This document shows positions 23,246-34,100 of a stretch of DNA of 64,000 nt, piece by piece. Source of the DNA: Nemertoderma westbladi (lineage: Eukaryota; Animalia; Xenacoelomorpha); assembly GCA_032718475.1 (NCBI GenBank), contig JAUCBJ010006791.1, positions 11,939-75,938 of the forward strand, in the 5' to 3' direction. The position numbers and the translations under genes are program-made. The notes beneath the pieces are model-generated. The model had not been told where the DNA came from. It made no database searches and worked only from the letters and a program-made list of their open reading frames with translations. Position 1 is the stretch's first letter. Every line of letters starts with the position of its first letter.

Positions 23246-24199
23246 CAATTATTTTAAATAATTGAATTTCTGAATTTTAGGGTTACTTGGTTACTTTACT
23301 TACTTTATTACCGTTATTTGAGCAGTAATCCAACTGATATTGAGACCTAATGGTTGTATGGTAGGCCTACGATTTATAAATCGTTAGATTTGATTTATAA
23401 TATATATACCCGTTTTAGTGGGTTTTGTCAATGTTTGAAATAAATGTTATTATTTCTGGGGGTAATCACTACACAAAGCGGTGCGCTTTCAATGAAGTGT
23501 TACTTATGAGACACTAAAACAAATAATACTAATTTACCTAAGTTACTTAATACTACAAATTACGTACAATTCGGGTTGAGATTACAATCTCTAAATAAAC
23601 ACAAAAATTTACAAAAACACAAAATACGAATTTTTAGGGTAATTTTACAAGAAGTCTACAAACCAGCCTAACAAAGGGTTAGAAAACTGGTTATTACAAC
23701 GGACAGGGTACTACGGTATTTGAAATAATAAGTAGTAGTAAATACACTGCGTTGTCTAGATAGGAAAATACCACCGCCTGACGACCTATAGCCGTATCGC
23801 TATAGGTTCTACGTTATGTATCACGGAGTGTTCCTACCTAGAAGTTAATAGAGCTAATCGAATGTGCCTATCAACCACTTTACAACACAGATATAATGTC
23901 TACAATAATTACTTCCGGAAAGCACTGTACACTAAACCCTAAATTAGGTACGAGTACTTGTACAACAAATAATCAGTAGTTAAATATACTTGAACAGCTA
24001 AAAGAACCACGGCATCTGCTGGAGTGACCGATGCACAAAATCACCAGTCTTTACCTACGCCGAGCAGCCCGTGTAGTACCGGGGTTAATTTAACTATAGC
24101 GGTATGTATAACAAACACAATTACTGTAGGAACAAACTTAGGGAATGAATGTTGCGGATAATCGCATAAACTCTGAATAATAAATATTACGCTACGCGT

Positions 24200-24750
24200 A
24201 CAAACTACTCAAACAAAATACAGACCGAACACTGACAGACTACTATCAAGCCTAAACAAACTACGGTATATGCAGACTCCGAAATGATTAGGGAGTATGC
24301 GCTCTAACCCAGTAGTGCGACTTATTCTTTAGTTGGGGGATTACCTTACAGCGTTCGCTGCCCCTACTGCCTAATCGTACTTAATCGGACAGATGATCTA
24401 CACACGCGGCAATCCGTTCAGACCTAATAACAGCCAGACAACTATCCAGCCTACAAATTATCTAAATAAAATTATACGCTACCCGTACAGACTTACACAA
24501 ACAAAGTACAGACTAAACGATGGCAGACCACTCTCAAGCCTAAATAAACCACAGGACATGCAGACTCCGAAATGATTAGGGAGTATGCGCTCTAACCCAG
24601 TAGTGCGACTTATTCTTTAGTTGGGGGATTACCTTACAGCGTTCGCTGCCCCTACTGCCTAATCGTACTTAATCGGACAAGTGCTCTACACACACTGCAA
24701 TTCGTTCGGACCTAACAGCAATCAGACAACAGCTCAGCCTACAAATTGTC
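24200..24750 (-). repeat. 288-bp tandem duplication in the BEL #2 leader with an identical 122-bp structured core
   Basis: 24270-24391 equals 24558-24679 exactly; the rest of each unit is clearly diverged. Confidence 0.9.
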
Positions 24751-25040
24751 TGTCCAATCTGATCAGGTTTACACGCCTTCTGTTCAATACTGGCCTACAA
24801 ACAAATAAAACTTGACAGAAATAAGTAAACCATATAAAGGAATAAGGGGTGATCAATCCCTAATCCCTTAAACAGCCTACCGGTATACAACAATCAAATC
24901 GAATAATACTAGTGTACTTATACGGCAGTACCGGTTAGACAGTTAGGCCTACTGACCTACAGGTGTACCGTTCAGGTTTACCGGTTGACCGGTACTTTCA
25001 ACTTTATTGCTTACTGCAACAAAGAAGCTATATCCTTTAA

Positions 25041-26279
25041 TGTTCGCGCTTTCAGACCTTTGGCAGTTTAACCCACCAAATTAAGATGTCTTCTAGATAT
25101 TAAATCGCTTTTTAGTCTATGACAAGTATTTGATTCACTACACTAGTCGAAACCAATCCGTGCGCGACCATTCACCCGCTGGATATTCCCGGGAGATTGG
25201 GTTCGACGGTTTAATTTTGTTGCTATGTAAGCCTAATGTATTATTCGACTGACAGTATTATATAATCTCTGACAATATTATTCACCTTCGGTAATATTAA
25301 CAGTTCCTTTAGGACGTGGCGCTTTATCTATATAAACAGAGTTATGACTTAAACTACTCACAACGATATGGCTTAATTATAATTCACATATATGGCGCAT
25401 TCTTTAGGAATGCTTCTTTAACAGACTCACTCATACACAATGCTGCACAATACTGCACACTAATCTGCCGATCTTCACTGATTTTAGTCACATATAAAAG
25501 GAACACAGACTGACTCATGTAGGGTCTATCAAATAACATTAGATTCACTTCAAACCACTTTAACATAAGTCACAATCGTTTATCTGTAACCTTTCTCTCT
25601 TACCTTCGGTATATCAAGAATATTGGGTTTCGGGGTTATTTCTCGTTATTCCAAATATAATAATTCATCAACCATATTATGAAGAACTGACGGTAAATAG
25701 CAGTATAAAACAACAATGAAAACACTGATTGTTATGAGTTTGCAATGTTTCAGCAGTCAGTATGTATGATCAGTTAGCAGTGATTCCATGAGTCAGGTAG
25801 TTAAAGGATATATGCCCTTTATAATTAAACCTACTAGTGTAAGACTAAAAAACAGTAAAGCACATAATACTTCCAAGCCGTTCTTTCTTTGGCTCAGGAC
25901 TGAATGTAAACACTGCACATAGGCATTGCGTCATTTCTCGGAAATTTTCTGTACAAGGAGCCACAAAAACGCTCTAATTGGCTGACTGAACTGAGAGACG
26001 CCGTAGAACAAAGGAAATCAACACGTATGAATGTCAGCTGTTAACCGTAGTCATAGTAACTACTGTTCAAGAGTAGCTATCACCCCTTTGCGTCACGAAT
26101 TGCCATAGAATCATAAAATATGCCTTTCACAGTACACATACGGAGGAAATAGGTCTTAGATCCTCTAAAAACACCGATACAGCAATAATACGGTCTCTTA
26201 CACTTATTAAATCAACTACAGAGTATTTTAATGTAAAAGATAATAAAAATAACGGGGCAATTCAGCAAAGGCTTTTACA
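25041..26279 (-). repeat. 5' LTR of BEL #2
   Basis: Copy of 13256-14488; sense-strand CCAAT (~25977-25981) and TATAAA (25818-25823). Confidence 0.95.
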
Positions 26280-26280
26280 C

Positions 26281-29200
26281 ATACCTAATGGTTATAAACT
26301 ACAACACATGCCAAGAACACATACGATTGGAGGTGGTGTGGGATGTGTATACAATACCACGGTGAATTTGAACTGGTAGCCGGGACGAGTCAGTGAAGTA
26401 TAAATCATTCGAATATATTGAACTAACTATGTTATACATGGGGATATTATTCAGGTTCGTTATAATCTACCGTACCTGCCTCTCAAAGGAAAATGGACTA
26501 AATATTAATATTTTTAATGGAGAATTCTGTGACATGATGCAGCGACTAGTTGTGTCCACTGGACGATTGATTATACTGGGTGATTTTAACTTCCATGTTG
26601 ACGATAAATGTGATAGAGATGCTACGGCGTTTTTGGATCTGATTGGCTGTTTTGGATTAGAACAGTTAATAAATGAACCGACTCACTCGAGAGGTCACAC
26701 ACTGGACTTAGTATTGACGCTCACGGACGACGATATGAAAGTTAAAGACATATTTGTGAGTGATATTGGCTTGTCGGACCATTACCTTGTAAAGTTTAAT
26801 ATCGACTTGGTGAAGCCCAAATGTCCGATAGCCAATATTTCATATAGGAAAACAAAGTCTATTAACATAATGAACTTAATTGGTGATATCGAAAACACAG
26901 CCCTTATCAAAAATCCCAGCGATGACATCGAGGAATTGGTGAAACAATATACGGAGACCCTATCAAATGTACTTAACAAGCATGCCCCACTAGTACACAG
27001 TACCAAGGTTAAACGACCCTCAGCACAATGGTACAATGATACAATTTACATTGGAGAAAAAGAAAAGGCGACAACTTGAACGTCGATTCAGGAAATCCAA
27101 ACTGAAAGTTGATCAACTTGCGTACTGGGAGCAGTGTCAGGTAGTGTCAAATGCACTCAACCACGCAAAGCAACAATACTATAAGGGAATAATAGTGTCG
27201 AATAAGGGAGATCAAAAGACACTATTCACTGTTCTCAATAAATTCTTATATCAAGAACGGAGGGCCAATCTCCCGAATTACGACAACGAGGAAGAGCTGG
27301 CTAACAGATTTGCAACATATTTCGACCAGAAGATATGCATAATTCGTGATGAATTGATGATGAATGTAAATTCTCAGACAAGGGGGTTAACATGTACAGA
27401 TACTATAACCGGCGCGGCTCATATCGGTGTCGGAGCTGCTGGAGCGGTTCACCCCAGTGTCGGAGCGGCTGGGGCGGTTCACCCCGGTGTCGGAGCTGCT
27501 GGAGCGGTTCACCCCGGTGTCGGAGCGGTTCACCCCAGTGTCGGAGCTGCTGGAGCGGTTCACCCCGGTGTCGGAGCTGCCGGAGCAGTTCACCCCGGTG
27601 TCGGAGCGGTTTACCCGGGTGTCGGAGCTGCTGGAGCAGTTCACCCCGGTGTCGGAGCGGTTTACCCGGGTGTCGGAGCTGCTGGAGTGGTTCAACCCGG
27701 TGTCGGAGCGGCTGGGGCGGTTCACCCCGGTGTCGGAGCTGCTGGAGCGGTTCACCCCGGTGTCGGAGCGGTTCACCCCAGTGTCGGAGCTGCTGGAGCG
27801 GTTCACCCCGGTGTCGGAGCGGCTGGGGCGGTTCACCCCGGTGTCGGAGCTGCTGGAGCGGTTCACCCCGGTGTCGGATGCGGTTCACCCCAGTGTCGGA
27901 GCTGCTGGAGCGGTTCACCCCGGTGTCGGAGCTGCCGGAGCAGTTCACCCCGGTGTCGGAGCGGTTTACCCGGGTGTCGGAGCTGCTGGAGCAGTTCACC
28001 CCGGTGTCGGAGCGGTTTACCCGGGTGTCGGAGCTGCTGGAGTGGTTCAACCCGGTGTCGGAGCGGCTGGGGCGGTTCACCCCGGTGTCGGAGCTGCTGG
28101 AGCGGTTCACCCCGGTGTCGGAGCGGTTCACCCCAGTGTCGGAGCTGCTGGAGCGGTTCACCCCGGTGTCGGAGCTGCCTGAGCAGTTCACCCCGGTGTC
28201 GGAGCGGTTTACCCGGGTGTCGGAACTGCTGGAGCGGTTCACCCCGGTGTCGGAGCTGCTGGAGCGGTTCACTCCGGTATCGGAACTGCTGGAGCGGTTC
28301 ACCCCAGTGTCGGAGCTGTCGGAGCGGTTCACCCCGGTGTCGGAGCTGTCGGAGCGGTTCACCCCAGTGTTGGAGCGGCTGGAGCGGTTCACCCCGGTGT
28401 CAGAGCGGCTGGAGTGGTTCACCCCGGTGTCGGAGCTGCTGGAGCGGTTCACCCCGGTATCGGAGCTGCTGGAGCGGTTCACCCCAGCGTCGGAGCTGCT
28501 GGAGCGGTTCACCCCGGTGTCGGAGCTGCTGGAGCGGTTCACCCCGATGTCGGAGCTGTCGGAGCGGTTCACCCCGGAGTCGGAGCTGTCGGAGTGGTTA
28601 ACCCTGGTATCAGAGCAGCCCGAGTGGTTCAACCCGGTGTCGGAGCGGCTGGAGCGGTTCACCCTGGTGTCGGAGCGGTTTACCCGGGTATCGGAACTGC
28701 TGGAGCGGTTCACCCCGGTGTCGGAGCGGCTGGAGCGGTTCACCCCGGTGTCGGAGCTGCTGGAGCGGTTCACCCCAATGTCGGAGCTGTCGGAGCGGTT
28801 CACCCCGGAGTCGGAGCTGTCGGAGTGGTTAACCCTGGTATCGGAGCAGCCCGAGTGGTTCAACCCGGTGTTGGAGCTGCTGGAGCAGTTCACCCCGGTG
28901 TCGGAGCTGCTGGAGCGGTTCACCCCGGTGTCAGAGCTGCCGGAGCGGTTCACCCCGGTGTCGGAGATGCTGGAGCGGTTCACCCCGGTGTTGGAGCTGC
29001 TGGAGCAGTTCACCCCTGTGTCGGAGCTGCTGGAGCGGTTCATCCTGGCGTCGCAGGGAGAAGACTCAGCAAATTCGATGAGATAACGGCGGAGGAGGCA
29101 GACAAATTAATACGCGATTCAAGGACAACATCAAGTCCGCGGGATCCGCTACCTACATGGTTGCTGGAAACTTTCAATCGCACCGCTACTTCTTGTTATA

Positions 29201-30646
29201 ACGCTAATTATAAATATTTCGTTGTCCGCTGCAAAGATGCCAGGGTGTCTGAAAGAGGCTGTCCTCACACCTGTCCTAAAGAAGGCTAGGTTAAACATGG
29301 AATTCCTCAAGAATTTTCGACCAGTATCCAATTTGCTATTCATATCAAAACTAGTAGAGAAAGTAGTGGGAAGTCAATTAATGCGTCACATGAACTTACA
29401 CAATTTGGATGAAGATATGCAAAGCGCTTACAAGAAATATCACGGTACTGAAACTGCATTATTAAATGTCATGGACGACATACTCACTGGCATCGATGGA
29501 GGATCAGTGTGTCTGCTCGTTGCTTTGGATCTTAGTGCGGCGTTCGACACTGTCGAACACAGCAAACTGCTCGATATTCTGGATCGTGAAATAGGGATTG
29601 ATGGTTTGGCTCTAGAATGGTTCCGCTCATACCTATCGGAACGTTCGCAGCAGGTGCGCATTGGGGAATCGTATTCGAATAGTTTTGCACTCAAATACGG
29701 ATTACCGCAGGGCTCTGTCCTTGGGCCACTACTATTCCGAATATACACCCGGTCTCTATCATTTGTCATTAAGCGGTATGGGTTGTATTACCATTTCTAT
29801 GCTGATGATACGCAATTGTACATTGTTTTTAAACGAGATGAGTTGACAAATGCCGTCGATATCTTGGAAAATTGCCTTAGAGATATACAACAGTGGATGC
29901 GTGAGTATTTCCTAAAGCTAAATACCGATAAAACAGAAATTATTCTACTCCAATCAAGGTTCGGTCCGCAAGTTGATGCACCTGTTATTACAGTTGGTAA
30001 CGATACTGTGGGATGGAGCACATCAGCACGAAACATTGGCCTTATAATAGACTCTCATTTAACACTCGTGAAACAAGTGGGGGTGATTGTTAGAGAATCA
30101 TTTTTCCACCTTCGGCGCCTATCAAAGATAAAACGTTACATGAGTAAAGAATGTCTACAGATTTTAATACACACGTTTATTTTAAGCAAAATTGACAATA
30201 ACAACTCACTGTATTATGGACTACCAGGTACGGTGTTGAAGAGACTACAATATGTACAAAACTCGGCCGCTAGATTAGTTGCAGGGGTTAAGAAACGAGA
30301 CCACATAACGCCAACCTTACGTGCACTTCACTGGTTACCTGTATGTCGCCGAATAGAATACAAAATTGCGTTGATAACGTATAAATGTCTACACGGTATG
30401 GCGCCTGATTATTTGACGAAACGGCTGACCCCATACGCTCCTACTAGAAACTTACGGTCCAGTGAGCTAGAGTTGCTCCAACCCTCGCGCTATAGACTTA
30501 CCCACTATGGCAAGAGGTCATTCTCCGTCGCTGCTCCCACCATATGGAACTCACTGCCTGTGGAACTCCGACAAACCGTTACAATCGGAGCATTTAAGAA
30601 AAAGTTAAAAACGCATTATTTTAAATTGGAATATAACAATGATTAA
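26281..30646 (+). pseudogene. L2 ORF2 (APE-linker-RT) broken by four apparent +1 frameshifts and one stop
   Basis: Frame changes near 26370, 27046, 27879 and 29167; GGA>TGA at 28180-28182. Confidence 0.85.
27421..29050 (+). repeat. 30-bp (and 21-bp) GC-rich minisatellite inside L2 ORF2, encoding (VGAAGAVHPG)n
   Basis: Unit GGTGTCGGAGCTGCTGGAGCGGTTCACCCC; in frame with LINE sequence on both sides. Confidence 0.97.
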
Positions 30647-31112
30647 TTTTTTATAAGCAATGCATTTTTTTTTTTAAACTCAATATTCAATTTACTTTCA
30701 GTTTTATCACATACGTCGAATTTGTTTTAAATAACTCCGCCAGCGTTCTTTTTCAATCACCCTTCGCATTCATTAGTTTCAACTCGGCCTGCCCTTATGT
30801 TTGTTCTTAACCCAGATCTTGTCCGTTTTTTAATTAACGCATATTTTTTTTAATTCATTGATTGCTTTAAGTTGAAGCGCCTAGAATATATAGCCCATAG
30901 AATTACAGCATCTTGAATAGTATCGCCAATAACATTTTAACTTCAATTGATCGTTTTTAATCATGTTTTTAAGTTACAACCCATGTTTTTAGCTAACTGT
31001 TTAACGTAATTTAGTATTTAGTATATTTGGTCAGTATATTGTGGTTGTATTGTGCAGTTCTGTTGTACCAAGCACCTTGATCTACTGCACTTTTGTAAAG
31101 GCGCTATATAAA

Positions 31113-31141
<29 letters not shown>

Positions 31142-31143
<2 letters not shown>

Positions 31144-34100
31144 GATGGAGTCAGTTCACCATCATTTTTTGGTGGCGAACAGATTGAGGTCCATGATGGA
31201 GTCAGTTCACCACCATTTTTTGGTGGCGAACAGATTGAGGTCCATGATGGAGTCAGTTCACCACCATTTTTTGGTGGCGAACAGATTGAGGTCCATGATG
31301 GAGTCAGTTCACCACCATTTTTTGGTGGCAAACAGATTGAGGTCCATGATGGAGTCAGTTCACCATCATTTTTTGGTGGCGAACAGATTGAGGTCCATGA
31401 TGGAGTGTTGTTCGCCACCATTTTTTGGTGGCGAACAGATTGAGGTCCATGATGGAGTCAGTTCACCACCATTTTTTGGTGGCGAACGGATTGAGGTCCA
31501 TGATGGTTTGTTGTTCACCACCATTTTTTGGTGGCGAACAGATTGAGGTCCATGATGGAGTGTTGTTCACCACCATTTTTTGGTGGCGAACAGATTGAGG
31601 TCCATGATGGAGTGTTGTTCACCAACATTTTTTGGTGGCGAACAGATTGAGGTCCATGATGGAGTCAGTTCACCACCATTTTTCGGTGGCGAACAGATTG
31701 AGGTCCATGATGGAGTCAGTTCACCACCATTTTTTGGTGCGAACAGATTAGGAGGTCCATGATGGAGTCAGTTCACCACCATTTTTTGGTGGCGAACAGA
31801 TTGAGGTCCATGATGGAGTCAGTTCACCACCATTTTTTGGTGGCGAACAGATTGAGGTCCATGATGGAGTCAGTTCACCACCATTTTTTGGTGGCGAACG
31901 GATTGAGGTCCATGATGGAGTCAGTTCACCAGCATTTTTTGGTGGCGAACAGATTGAGGTCCATGATGGAGTCAGTTCACCACCATTTTTTGGTGGCGAA
32001 CAGATAAGGTCCATGATGGAGTCAGTTCACCACCATTTTTTGGTGGCGAACAGATTGAGGTCCATGATGGAGTGTTGTTCACCACCATTTTTTGGTGGCG
32101 AACAGATTGAGGTCCATGATGGAGTCAGTTCACCACCATTTTTTGGTGGCGAACAGATTGAGGTCCATGATGGAGTCAGTTCACCACCATTTTTTGGTGG
32201 CGAACAGATTGAGGTCCATGATGGAGTCAGTTCACCACCATTTGTTGGTGGCGAACAGATTGAGGTCCATGATGGAGTTTTGTTCACCACCATTTTTTGG
32301 TGGCGAACAGATTGAGGTCCATGATGGAGTCAGTTCACCACCATTTTTTGGTGGCGAACAGATTGAGGTCCATGATGGAGTCAGTTCACCACCATTTTTT
32401 GGTGGCGAACAGATTGAGGTCCATGATGGAGTCAGTTCACCACCATTTTTTGGTGGCGAACAGATTGAGGTCCATGATGGAGTCAGTTCACCACCATTTT
32501 TTGGTGGCGAACAGATTGAGGTCCATGATGGAGTCAGTTCACCACCATTTTTTGGTGGCGAACAGATTGAGGTCCATGATGGAGTCAGTTCACCACCATT
32601 TTTTGGTGGCGAACAGATTGAGGTCCATGATGGAGTCAGTTCACCACGATTTTTTGGTGGCGAACAGATTGAGGTCCATGATGGAGTCAGTTCACCACCA
32701 TTTTTTGGTGGCGAACAGATTGAGGTCCATGATGGAGTCAGTTCACCACCATTTTTTGGTGGCGAACAGATTGAGGTCCATGGTGGAGTCAGTTCACCAC
32801 CATTTTTTGGTGGCGAACGGATTGAGGTCCATGATGGAGTCAGTTCACCACCATTTTTTGGTGGCGAACAGATAAGGTCCATGATGGAGTCAGTTCACCA
32901 CCATTTTTTGGTGGCGAACAGATTGAGGTCCATGATGGAGTCAGTTCACCACCATTTTTTGGTGGCGAACAGATTGAGGTCCATGGTGGAGTCAGTTCAC
33001 CACCATTTTTTGGTGGCGAACGGATTGAGGTCCATGATGGAGTCAGTTCACCACCATTTTTTGGTGGCGAACAGATTGAGGTCCATGATGGAGTCAGTTC
33101 ACCACCATTTTTTGGTGGCGAACAGATTGAGGTCCATGATGGAGTCAGTTCACCACCATTTTTTGGTGGCGAACAGATTGAGGTCCATGATGGAGTCAGT
33201 TCACCACCATTTTTTGGTGGCAAACAGATTGAGGTCCATGATGGAGTCAGTTCACCATCATTTTTTGGTGGCGAACAGATTGAGGTCCATGATGGAGTGT
33301 TGTTCGCCACCATTTTTTGGTGGCGAACAGATTGAGGTCCATGATGGAGTCAGTTCACCACCATTTTTTGGTGGCGAACGGATTGAGGTCCATGATGGTT
33401 TGTTGTTCACCACCATTTTTTGGTGGCGAACAGATTGAGGTCCATGATGGAGTGTTGTTCACCACCATTTTTTGGTGGCGAACAGATTGAGGTCCATGAT
33501 GGAGTCAGTTCACCACCATTTTTTGGTGGCGAACAGATTGAGGTCCATGATGGAGTCAGTTCACCACCATTTTTTGGTGGCGAACAGATTGAGGTCCATG
33601 ATGGAGTCAGTTCACCACCATTTTTTGGTGGCGAACAGATTGAGGTCCATGATGGAGTCAGTTCACCACCATTTTTTGGTGGCGAACAGATTGAGGTCCA
33701 TGATGGAGTCAGTTCACCACCATTTTTTGGTGGCGAACAGATTGAGGTCCATGATGGAGTCAGTTCACCACCATTTTTTGGTGGCGAACAGATTGAGGTC
33801 CATGATGGAGTCAGTTCACCACCATTTTTTGGTGGCGAACAGATTGAGGTCCATGATGGAGTCAGTTCACCACCATTTTTTGGTGGCGAACAGATAAGGT
33901 CCATGATGGAGTCAGTTCACCACCATTTTTTGGTGGCGAACAGATTGAGGTCCATGATGGAGTCAGTTCACCACCATTTTTTGGTGGCGAACAGATTGAG
34001 GTCCATGATGGAGTTAGTTCACCACCATTTTTTGGTGGCGAACAGATTGAGGTCCATGATGGAGTCAGTTCACCACCATTTTTTGGTGGCGAACAGATTG

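Larger units (their letters stand above)
13256..26279 (-). mobile_element. BEL/Pao element #2, non-autonomous (Gag-protease plus accessory ORF), two LTRs
   Basis: Direct repeats 13256-14488 and 25041-26279 with TGT...ACA termini; PPT-like GGGAGCGG before the 3' LTR on the minus strand; internal ORF homologous to element #1. Confidence 0.93.
26280..31141 (+). mobile_element. L2-clade LINE, cut at its 5' end by the BEL #2 LTR
   Basis: APE endonuclease (PNGY..R..GGGV, ILGDFNFH, PTH..GHTLDL, SDH), RT (FRPVSNL, DLSAAFDTV, GLPQGSVLGPLLF, YADD), L2-type LHWLPV..RIEYK, 3' stem-loop, GCGCTATATAAAT and (ATT)9 tail. Confidence 0.92.

Noticed and set aside
23776-23812. Hammerhead ribozyme (CTGACGA followed by a stem)
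   Set aside because: The required GAAA after stem II is absent.
27387-29086. Host elastin, Cys/Arg-rich or Ser-rich protein genes
   Set aside because: Alternative frames of the minisatellite; only the VGAAG frame joins LINE ORF2 and there is no independent gene structure.
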